Origin: an uncultured Thermoplasmata archaeon
GTDB lineage: Archaea > Thermoplasmatota > Thermoplasmata > Halarchaeoplasmatales > Halarchaeoplasmataceae
Length of the DNA stretch: 61,562 bases
Assembly (NCBI GenBank): GCA_964486225.1
Contig: CAZAMQ010000002.1
Coordinates: forward strand, 1-61,562
Direction: 5' to 3'
Shown one piece after another: positions 16,707 to 25,289 of the stretch. Position numbers and translations under genes: made by a program. Numbering within the stretch: the first letter of the stretch is position 1; each line of letters starts with the position of its first letter. A model generated the notes under the pieces. It was given only the letters and a program-made list of their open reading frames with translations, searched no databases and was not told where the DNA came from.

Positions 16707-17668
16707 ACATGTGGATACAACTATCTCACTTGGAAAAGATGAAGGTGATGTCGATTGTTGGATCGTGGGAAAGGGAACAGATAACCCAGGAAGTCTTGCG
16801 TAGTATCCAGAAGGATATCGGGATCCCAGCTAGGTATGTTGAAATAATGTTTTGGCATTATGATATATTATCTCTATTTGCAGAGACTGATTGGTTGATA
16901 TTTAAAGGGGGAACCTGCGTTCAGTCCTTTATTCGACCGGGATATCAAAGGGCATCGATGGATCTGGATTTTAATTCTTCTATAGGAAATCCAAACGCCA
17001 TCAAATGTGAGATAAGTATACTCAACAAGATGATGGATAAAAAAGGAGCCCACGTAACAGTTCAAGGGATAGATTTCGGAAAGATCGAATTCATCGAGGA
17101 CGATGTACACAGCGGGACCTTAAATTTTATCAGAAGGATGCCGACTCGATTCGGAGATATGGAAAAGGTAGGGGATGACAGGATACAAGCAAAAAGTATC
17201 AGGATACAGATCAATTACAAGAATGCCTGGCTCCCGGCACTCTCACCCATAGACAAGGTACCGGAATTCTTCATCTTGGATTATCAGAAACCGAAGAAAC
17301 TCATCAACATGACACATTCGAGCAAGGAGGACCTGATCGCGGATAAGGTCCTTGCGACCTGTAATGTCGGTGGTTTCGGGAGAGAGCGTTTCAAGGATAT
17401 CTATGATATAGGGATGTTACTGAAGGATGGTTATGACAAGGAAACAATATCCAAAAAACTCGGATTGGTGGGTAAAAAAGCAAAGATCGAACCCACATCG
17501 CTGATAAAGGGCGCGGTGGAGACCATCTCAGATTTTGCGATAAGAGGCGTAGAAGCCAGAGGTTTTGCTTCCATGGTAGCAAATGCCGGCCAGGATCACG
17601 TCAAAGATTGGGAGAGTTTTTGTTTCCGTATCGCGGACGAATTAAAGGGCTTACGAGGCTACGTTTGA
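16703..17668 (+). CDS. AbiEii/AbiGii-family nucleotidyltransferase (type IV TA toxin-like)
   Basis: 321 aa. FKGGTCVQSF and RASMDLDFNS match the family GG-T and R.S.D.D motifs. 4-nt overlap with the upstream gene. Confidence 0.65.
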   Translation: MNMWIQLSHLEKMKVMSIVGSWEREQITQEVLRSIQKDIGIPARYVEIMFWHYDILSLFAETDWLIFKGGTCVQSFIRPGYQRASMDLDFNSSIGNPNAIKCEISILNKMMDKKGAHVTVQGIDFGKIEFIEDDVHSGTLNFIRRMPTRFGDMEKVGDDRIQAKSIRIQINYKNAWLPALSPIDKVPEFFILDYQKPKKLINMTHSSKEDLIADKVLATCNVGGFGRERFKDIYDIGMLLKDGYDKETISKKLGLVGKKAKIEPTSLIKGAVETISDFAIRGVEARGFASMVANAGQDHVKDWESFCFRIADELKGLRGYV

Positions 17669-17964
17669 CAGTAAGAGATATAAGTTGCTCTTAGCTCTGT
17701 TAGTTTCATGCAAACAAAACTAACATCACTAAGAACAAGAAACATTACGAAAAAAAGAGAATGACTTATTTTTCTCCGATTGACTCATCACAAAGCATGC
17801 ACCATATACCTTGTAAATCGTTATAAAACCGAACAAAGATATATATCTTCAGATAGGAGCGGACTATCAAACTCGGACTGTATCGAATTCGACATTATAT
17901 CAACGTAAAAACTATATAGTTATTCATATTGCCTATATAGTAATGTCACAATATATATATGAGT

Positions 17965-18004
17965 ATGTATGTATGTATGTATGTATGTATGTATGTATGT
18001 ATGT
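17965..18004. repeat. (ATGT)10 tetranucleotide microsatellite
   Basis: Ten perfect ATGT units. The array ends 15 nt upstream of the TATA box of the S8 protease gene. Confidence 0.95.
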
Positions 18005-18114
18005 TTCTATATAGGAAAATTTATATAGTTTTTATTACGTACCCTATCACGAGGTTACGAAAATGAAACAAAAAGCAAAATTGAAGGGAGCAATACTCTG
18101 TGCGATGCTACTCT
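17997..18114 (+). repeat. promoter + 5' coding segment of the S8 protease gene, copy 1 of a ~118-bp duplication
   Basis: Matches 25064-25182. 18020-18114 versus 25088-25182 shows 2 mismatches in 95 bp. Confidence 0.9.
18020..18027 (+). promoter_or_regulatory. TATA box (TTTATATA) of the S8 protease gene
   Basis: Preceded by purine-rich GGAAAA (BRE-like). 35 nt separate it from ATG 18063. GAGGT lies 8 nt before the ATG. Confidence 0.6.
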
Positions 18115-21014
18115 CCGTTACGTTCTTTGGAGGGTTTGTTGTCGCCGAAGGAAACGAAGTGGAATCGAATGTGGCGATGATCGAAGTACGCAGCGGTGCG
18201 GATCAATCTCTGCTGGATGTGTACGATGTTGAGATCATGGAGTGGTACGACAATGCGGTACTCGCCCGTGTCGATAATGATACACTCGATCTGCTGGAAA
18301 TAGCGGGTTTTACGGTAGATACTCTGCCCAAAAGGACGACTATATATGTTAAGGGGTACGAGTTCGACTTCACCGAAGGAGAACCCGATATACCGGCAGC
18401 CCTCAGGGTGAACGACTACGAACCCGGAGAGAAGGGGCTGTATATCGTCCATATGATCGGACCGATAGCAGCTGGTTGGCGGCCGACCCTTGAAGAGATG
18501 GGTGTGCAGGTATTGAACTACATGCACAATCATGCATACCGTGTGAGGATGACCCCGGAACTCGCAAACGAGGTATCCGAGCTGTACTTTGTGGACTGGA
18601 TCGGAATATACCATCCGTACTACAAGATACAGCCGGGGCTGGAGGCTGGAATTGTCGAAGTCATGCTTTTGGCCGAATCGAGTGAGGATAGTGTTACCAC
18701 TGTTTTTGAAACGGCGGATATTCTTTCCTTTGCTGAGTTCGCTACCGGAGAATACTACTTTAGGGCACACGTTATTTCGAGAGATAAATTACATCAACTG
18801 GCAAATATAAATGATGTGAGTTTCTTAACGCGATATACCGAACCTGAACTTTTTGATGAAATCGCAACCCAATTGATCGGAGGCGGTTGTTGGTTCTTCG
18901 ATGATGAGGATGACGACCCATCCACACCATATAGAAAACATGGTGATTATGGTTCCTACATGAACCAGATCGGTTACGAAGGCGAAGGCATCATAATAGC
19001 AATCGCCGATACTGGTATCGGTGCGAGAGCACATGACCCACCCCATGATGATTTCCAGGAACGAATAATAGGTAGGTACTCTTACGATAGTACGTTGGGA
19101 GATTTTGACGGTCATGGAACACATTGTGCAGGATCTGCAGCAGGCAATACATATGAAGGTACCGAAGAAACTATTCAACATGGTTACTATGCCGGCCAGG
19201 GTTCAGCACCCGCAGCAGAACTATATGATATAAAGGTATTCACCAGGACTAGTGAGCATGGAGACTTAATATATATCGGTCCTGACCCTTATATCTATGA
19301 TATACTCCTGAAAGGAAGTCAAGGTGGTGCAGCCGTTCATTCTAATTCATGGCGTATTGGAGACGGACAAGGTACCTACGGAACTTATTCATCCCAATAT
19401 GATAAGGGGGTCAGAGATTTCGATATGGTGGTAACGGTAGCTGCAGGTAACAGTGGTTCGAATCACCAGACAATAACTCAACCCGCAACAGGAAAGAACG
19501 TTATAACCGTTGGTGCAACATTGAACTCTGCGAGTTCATCTGCTGAATACATATGGAGTTCTAGCTCCCGTGGTTGGACTCAGGACAACCGTATCAAGCC
19601 TGATGTGATGGCACCTGGTGTGAGTGTTACTTCAACTTGGATTGATTGGGAATGGGATGAGGGTTTTGAAGTACCGATATCTTATGAATATGGCTATTCA
19701 ACCAAGAGTGGTACTTCAATGGCAACACCTGCCGTGGCAGGGGCGGCAGCGGTCACGATGGAATGGTACGAGGTGAACCACGGAAGTAATCCGAGCCCAG
19801 CGATGGTGAAGGCACTTCTCATCAACACAGCAAACGACCTGTGCAACGAAAACGGCAACACCGGTCCCATCCCCAACCGTGACGAAGGCTGGGGCATAGT
19901 TGATATCTCGAAGTTGGAACGACCATTGGAAGATCCCGTGCCCTTTTATCTGTATGACCAGGAACATGTATTCGATGAAAGTGGACAAATACACGAACAC
20001 CTGATAATACCCGATAGGGAAGGAGTACCACTGAAGTTCAGCCTTGTATGGACGGATAAAGAGGCCGGAAATGTAGGTGATGATCCGACGTTGATGAACG
20101 ACCTGAATCTAGAAGTCATCGCACCTTGTGGCGCGGTATACCGCGGTAATGCGTTCAATATGACCGGTGAAGGAAGTGTGAGTGACACAGGTTACACCTT
20201 CCCCGATGTGGATACCATGACAGACTTCGACAGGAATGAAGACGGTTGGGACGATACCAACAACGTTGAGAATGTGTACATACCTGCCGAAGACGTAGTG
20301 ATCGGTAATTATACTGTACGGATAAGGGCAAAATCGATAACCGAAGACTCCGTCGGTCTTGGCCTTACTAATAGCCAGGACTATGCGTTGGCGGTTTATA
20401 ATGCGGAATTGGGTAATGTGTTCCCAACGGTATTCAATATGCGGGGACACCAACACATGGTGAACTATCTCGAAGCTTACAAATTAACCAACCCTTCGTC
20501 GTATGAACTCAATCTGGAAAGCTCGACCATTCAGTATTCGACAGATTATGTTCAAGGAGAAGAATATACTGTACTCTGGGGCATCAGGGTTTTCATAAGA
20601 GATGTAAACGGTGATGAAACGCAGTTGGATCCTTTCTACGGCCCTAAGGCGATTGTCAGTAGAAATAGCGTAGGAGAAGGTTATCAGAATGCACTTTTCT
20701 CCTATTATATGGGAGATATACCCGTCGAAGATGATGACGCGATCGTAGTGAGAGTATATTCCAAGATCGAAGGACCTCAAGGTGGGACATTATGGACAGA
20801 GCAGGCTTCCTTTATAACCGATAAATTAGAGGAACACCTTAACGGAAGTACATATATCTATCAACCAAACTGGAACATCACTTATTACACACGGTATGAT
20901 CAGGGAATATCATTAGGATTCCCAGCGCAAAGACATGTAACGGGAACCTTCTATTGGGGTAATATGGATAAGAATTCACGAGTGGAAGGCATCCTTTTTA
21001 CTCAAATAACTTAA
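18063..21014 (+). CDS. secreted subtilisin-like (S8) serine protease with long N- and C-terminal extensions
   Basis: 983 aa. Signal peptide. Catalytic triad motifs AIADTGIG (D), DGHGTHCAG (H), SGTSMATP (S), and AAGNSG. Confidence 0.9.
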   Translation: MKQKAKLKGAILCAMLLSVTFFGGFVVAEGNEVESNVAMIEVRSGADQSLLDVYDVEIMEWYDNAVLARVDNDTLDLLEIAGFTVDTLPKRTTIYVKGYEFDFTEGEPDIPAALRVNDYEPGEKGLYIVHMIGPIAAGWRPTLEEMGVQVLNYMHNHAYRVRMTPELANEVSELYFVDWIGIYHPYYKIQPGLEAGIVEVMLLAESSEDSVTTVFETADILSFAEFATGEYYFRAHVISRDKLHQLANINDVSFLTRYTEPELFDEIATQLIGGGCWFFDDEDDDPSTPYRKHGDYGSYMNQIGYEGEGIIIAIADTGIGARAHDPPHDDFQERIIGRYSYDSTLGDFDGHGTHCAGSAAGNTYEGTEETIQHGYYAGQGSAPAAELYDIKVFTRTSEHGDLIYIGPDPYIYDILLKGSQGGAAVHSNSWRIGDGQGTYGTYSSQYDKGVRDFDMVVTVAAGNSGSNHQTITQPATGKNVITVGATLNSASSSAEYIWSSSSRGWTQDNRIKPDVMAPGVSVTSTWIDWEWDEGFEVPISYEYGYSTKSGTSMATPAVAGAAAVTMEWYEVNHGSNPSPAMVKALLINTANDLCNENGNTGPIPNRDEGWGIVDISKLERPLEDPVPFYLYDQEHVFDESGQIHEHLIIPDREGVPLKFSLVWTDKEAGNVGDDPTLMNDLNLEVIAPCGAVYRGNAFNMTGEGSVSDTGYTFPDVDTMTDFDRNEDGWDDTNNVENVYIPAEDVVIGNYTVRIRAKSITEDSVGLGLTNSQDYALAVYNAELGNVFPTVFNMRGHQHMVNYLEAYKLTNPSSYELNLESSTIQYSTDYVQGEEYTVLWGIRVFIRDVNGDETQLDPFYGPKAIVSRNSVGEGYQNALFSYYMGDIPVEDDDAIVVRVYSKIEGPQGGTLWTEQASFITDKLEEHLNGSTYIYQPNWNITYYTRYDQGISLGFPAQRHVTGTFYWGNMDKNSRVEGILFTQIT

Positions 21015-21095
21015 CGGAGGTATTATTCAAAGGCGAAAAACTTGAAGGACAACGAAGATTGTACGTGGAAAGCGAACACAAAAACCTGTTCGAAC

Positions 21096-21120
21096 GAGGG
21101 GCCGCCGCCCTAGGCCCCTC
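21096..21120 (+). terminator. GC-rich hairpin followed by a T-rich tract
   Basis: GAGGGGCC-N9-GGCCCCTC, then TCTTATTTCC. 80 nt after the S8 stop codon. Confidence 0.5.
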
Positions 21121-21176
21121 TCTTATTTCCCATCTACAGATAAATTATATAAAGTAGCGATAGGATATATGATAAC

Positions 21177-24100
21177 ATGGAGACACGGAGAAGAGGAAGG
21201 AGAGTAATCTATCTTATGACATGCATCGCTTTATGCGTGATACTCGTTTTCTCCGGTTTGAACTTTGCTGTATCGTCAGGTACGGAAAATATTGATGACC
21301 TTTTGGAAAAGAACGAATCCGTGGTTACGGATGAGTACGAAACAGAACCCTATGAAGAACCATACATGTTAGAGTTTAGTTCAATAGATGTAGCCACATC
21401 TTTCGCCAGAGGAAGCGGAACACTGGAAGACCCGTATATGATTTACAACGTTCATGATTTGCAGAACATGAGTGGCGATTTAAGTGCACACTATGCACTG
21501 GCTAATGATATAGAAGCAAGTGAGACCAGGGAGTGGAACTGGAACGGGACTGGATACGAGGGATTCGTGCCTATCGGTGATTCAGACTATACATTCACAG
21601 GCACCTTCGACGGGCGTAACCAAACCATAATTGGGTTGTACATAAACAGATCGTACATTTATTTTGCCTATGTGAGTCTATTTGGATTTGTTGATGATGG
21701 CAGTGAAGTACGCAATGTAGGTATGGTTGATGTGGATATTAATGGACACTCAAATAGGTACGTAGGCGGACTCGTAGGAGAGAACAGAGGTAATGTTTAC
21801 AACTCCTATGCAACCGGTGATGTGATAGGGTATTGGGGCATAGGCGGGCTTGTAGGCCGGAATTTTGGAAAAATTGCGAATTCTTATGCCAGTGGAGAAG
21901 TAAGAGGAAACATCGCAGTTGGCGGATTGGTTGGACATAATTGGGGTGGCACGGCGGAGAACTCATATGCATCGGTCAACGTTACAATAAGGAAATCGTT
22001 AGGATATATCAATTCAAATATGGGCGGGCTCGTGGGATTGAACAATGGTGCGGTGTCCAACTCCTATTCCGAAGGTAATGTTTATGCAGGTGAATCAAGT
22101 GATGGACTTCCCCATACTTCTGTAGGGGGGTTGGTGGGAAGTAACGGGGGTGCGGTGTCTAACTCGTATTATAACATCGACACCGTTCTTATAAATAACG
22201 CTCATCATGTAACCCTTGGAGGTTTATATAACGAACAATACAATGATTGGATCGCTAACGACCTATATCTTGATATATCGGATTATAGTGACACATTGGT
22301 CCCTACTGGTGATAGTTACGTGATCAGCGAGATCCAGGGATTTAAGGACCTCCTTGGTTTTTCTGGAGATGGATACACCTTCATACTTGGTTCGAACATA
22401 GATTTATCATCGTCCCCTGGTCATTACATACCTTCTTTCAAGGGTATATTTGATGGTAACAATCATACCATCTCTCACTTGAACATAAATCAACCTTTTT
22501 CTCAAAATGTAGGTTTGTTCGGCTACCTTTTTACTGGTAGCCAGGTGGTGAATGTTGGATTGGTTGACATCAACGTGACCGGGTACTGGATAGTAGGCGG
22601 GCTAGTAGGGTTTAACTACTTTGGCGCAATAGATAATTCATACACCATAGGTGAAGTTAATGGGTACAGTAATATAGGGGGGCTGGTGGGATTAAACCGA
22701 GACGGTTCTGTTTACAACTCCTATACTACAGGTAAAATTGGTTCGATAGAAGTGAATTATGCAGGTTTTGAACCTCGTTATGCAGGGGGACTGGTTGGAT
22801 ATAACCGGGATGGTACTATATCCACATCGCATTCTTCGTGTGATATTAATGTCCTTGGATATTTTATCAGCGGAGGACTAGTCGGATACAATCGAGGAGG
22901 ACTTATTACTGATTCATATACTACAGGAAATGTTAGCGGAGGAGATGTGGTTGGCGGGATAGTCGGCGAGAACATTGGCACGGTGTCGAACACGTATGCA
23001 ACGGGAACCGTGAGCGGGGGCTCATATGTAGGCGGGCTCATGGGATGGAACTGGGGCACGGTGTCTAACTCGTATTCAACGGGAGCCGTGAGCGGGGGCT
23101 CATATGTAGGCGGGCTCGTGGGACGGAACGAAGGCGGCACGGTTAGCTACTCGTATGCAACGGGAACCGTGTGCAGTGAGTGGGGGGAGGTAGGCGGGCT
23201 CGTGGGTGTGAACTCAGGTAGGGTGTACAGCTCGTATGCTACCGGAAACGTAAGCGGAAACTTTGGAGTCGGTGGGCTCGTGGGATTCATGGGCGGCAGT
23301 AACAGTTTGATCGCAAATTCTTATTCTACTTGTAATGTAAGAGGTAAGGGTCTGGCGGGTGGATTGATTGGTTCCAACGGCATTGATGGTGATATGCCTA
23401 TTCCGGGTGGCACTGTGACAGATTCATATTCAAAAGGTGATATAACACGAATAATGGATTCGTCAAATTCGAGATTAGGTGGATTCTTGGGATTTAACTA
23501 TAGGGGAAAGATAATCAACTGCTATTCCACCGGGAGTGTTCAATACGAGGATGCTTCCGATCCAACAGACAAGGGCTTCGCCGGCCCAGTTGATACTGGC
23601 GGCGACTATGAGATGACCGGTAATTTCTGGGATGTTGAAACCAGCGGACAGATCAGCACGGCCGGCAACGCCACAGGTAAAACCACCGCGGAGATGATGG
23701 ATATCGATACCTACGCTAACGCCGGCTGGAACATTGTGTCAGTCGATGATGCAAATGATCGGAATATGTTTTACCTCTGGAACATCGTTGATTATGAGAC
23801 ATACCCATTCCTCAGCTGGGAAGGGTTCACCTTGAAAATATTTACATCGGGTAACGGTACAGTGGATATCGAACCCCAACGTCACACTTATCCTTATGGT
23901 ATGGAAGTTATAGTAACAGCCTTGTCCGATGTTGGATGGTACTTCAGCCACTGGACCGGAGATGTGCCCGATGGGCAGGAAGCGGACGAAGAGATCACAA
24001 TCGTCATGGATGGGGGCAAAACTCTAACCGCTCACTTCGCACAAATATATCATGACCTTAATCTAACCCTAGAAGGTGAGGGTACTACCGTGCCTGAGGA

Positions 24101-24998
24101 AGGTAATCACTCTTATCTATACGGTTCTGATGTGAATATAACAGCGATACCAGATGAGGGTTGGTACTTCAGTCACTGGTCCGGTGATGTACCCGGTGGC
24201 CAGGAAACGAACGAAAACATCACTATCGTGATGGACAGCGATAAAAACATCACCGCACACTTCGAACAGATATATCACAACCTTACTGTCTCCATCATCG
24301 GCGAAGGTACCACCGATCCTCCGACAGGCAATCACACTTACACCTACGGCACGTCGGTGAACATAACAGCAACATCCGCCGCCGGCTGGCGGTTCAGCCA
24401 CTGGACCGGTGATGTACCCGAAGGAAACGAAACGAACGAGAATATCACCGTCCTGATGGACCGTGACATCAACATCACCGCGCACTTCCAGGAACTTCTG
24501 TTTATACCCGAGAATCTCTCGCTCACTGTAACACCCTTGGAGGGCGAGACACCCCTGGAAGTGACCATCACCGTAGGTGCTAATAACTCCGGACTGCTGG
24601 AAGGCTCTATCGATGTGGTCGTGGACGACGAGGTGGTTTACACACTCGTCATACCTGCGGAGGGCACTGCTGAGCATACCTTTGATCATACATTCGAGAG
24701 TGCGGGTACCTTCGAGATAGTCTTCGGTGAGCTGTCGAAAAATGTGGTGGTGCGTGAGGTAGAGGAAGAGGTAGAGCCAGAGGATGCGGGTTTCCCACTA
24801 TGGGGTCTACTACTCATCGCTGCCGTCGTGATCGCTCTAGCCGCCGTGCTCTTCATGATGAAGAGGAAACCAAGAGAGGAGGAGGCGATACAGGATGAAG
24901 AAGAGTCGAGTCCGGATGAGGAAGAAATGTTAACTGAACAAGACGAGGAGCAGTCCTCTCAGGAAGACGAACCTCTGTCGGAAGATGTGGATTATTAG
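21177..24998 (+). CDS. GLUG-repeat surface protein with three InlB-B-repeat-like modules and a C-terminal TM anchor
   Basis: 1273 aa. N-terminal TM/signal. Many (V/I)GGLVG.N.G.(V/I).NSY(A/S)TG repeats. Three ~76-aa repeats with GW(Y/R)FSHW(T/S)GDVP. Anchor LLLIAAVVIALAAVLFMMKRKPREEE and an acidic tail. Confidence 0.8.
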   Translation: METRRRGRRVIYLMTCIALCVILVFSGLNFAVSSGTENIDDLLEKNESVVTDEYETEPYEEPYMLEFSSIDVATSFARGSGTLEDPYMIYNVHDLQNMSGDLSAHYALANDIEASETREWNWNGTGYEGFVPIGDSDYTFTGTFDGRNQTIIGLYINRSYIYFAYVSLFGFVDDGSEVRNVGMVDVDINGHSNRYVGGLVGENRGNVYNSYATGDVIGYWGIGGLVGRNFGKIANSYASGEVRGNIAVGGLVGHNWGGTAENSYASVNVTIRKSLGYINSNMGGLVGLNNGAVSNSYSEGNVYAGESSDGLPHTSVGGLVGSNGGAVSNSYYNIDTVLINNAHHVTLGGLYNEQYNDWIANDLYLDISDYSDTLVPTGDSYVISEIQGFKDLLGFSGDGYTFILGSNIDLSSSPGHYIPSFKGIFDGNNHTISHLNINQPFSQNVGLFGYLFTGSQVVNVGLVDINVTGYWIVGGLVGFNYFGAIDNSYTIGEVNGYSNIGGLVGLNRDGSVYNSYTTGKIGSIEVNYAGFEPRYAGGLVGYNRDGTISTSHSSCDINVLGYFISGGLVGYNRGGLITDSYTTGNVSGGDVVGGIVGENIGTVSNTYATGTVSGGSYVGGLMGWNWGTVSNSYSTGAVSGGSYVGGLVGRNEGGTVSYSYATGTVCSEWGEVGGLVGVNSGRVYSSYATGNVSGNFGVGGLVGFMGGSNSLIANSYSTCNVRGKGLAGGLIGSNGIDGDMPIPGGTVTDSYSKGDITRIMDSSNSRLGGFLGFNYRGKIINCYSTGSVQYEDASDPTDKGFAGPVDTGGDYEMTGNFWDVETSGQISTAGNATGKTTAEMMDIDTYANAGWNIVSVDDANDRNMFYLWNIVDYETYPFLSWEGFTLKIFTSGNGTVDIEPQRHTYPYGMEVIVTALSDVGWYFSHWTGDVPDGQEADEEITIVMDGGKTLTAHFAQIYHDLNLTLEGEGTTVPEEGNHSYLYGSDVNITAIPDEGWYFSHWSGDVPGGQETNENITIVMDSDKNITAHFEQIYHNLTVSIIGEGTTDPPTGNHTYTYGTSVNITATSAAGWRFSHWTGDVPEGNETNENITVLMDRDINITAHFQELLFIPENLSLTVTPLEGETPLEVTITVGANNSGLLEGSIDVVVDDEVVYTLVIPAEGTAEHTFDHTFESAGTFEIVFGELSKNVVVREVEEEVEPEDAGFPLWGLLLIAAVVIALAAVLFMMKRKPREEEAIQDEEESSPDEEEMLTEQDEEQSSQEDEPLSEDVDY

Positions 24999-25063
24999 AT
25001 ACGGGTGCTGATATCCCTACTATAATAACTTCTTGATTCGGTCACCCTTGATGGTGATCTGGA

Positions 25064-25182
25064 ATGTATGTATACTATGGAGGAATTTTTATATAGTTTT
25101 TATTTCGTACCCTATCACGGGGTTACGAAAATGAAACAAAAAGCAAAATTGAAGGGAGCAATACTCTGTGCGATGCTACTCT
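25064..25182 (+). repeat. copy 2 of the S8 promoter/5' coding duplication
   Basis: Contains (ATGT)2, TATA TTTATATA at 25088-25095, and ATG 25131 followed by the first 17 codons of the S8 gene. Confidence 0.9.
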
Positions 25183-25289
25183 GGCTCTCCTCTCTCTTCA
25201 CTTTTTTCGACCATATCATATTAAGAAAATCACGAATAATTATATATATGTGCACGTCCGTATGTAATAAAAAGGAGGCAAACCGATGA
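25131..25289 (+). pseudogene. remnant of the S8 protease 5' end acting as a 52-codon upstream ORF
   Basis: Encodes MKQKAKLKGAILCAMLL (identical to the S8 N-terminus), then unrelated sequence. Its TGA overlaps ATG 25286 of the next gene (ATGA). Confidence 0.6.
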
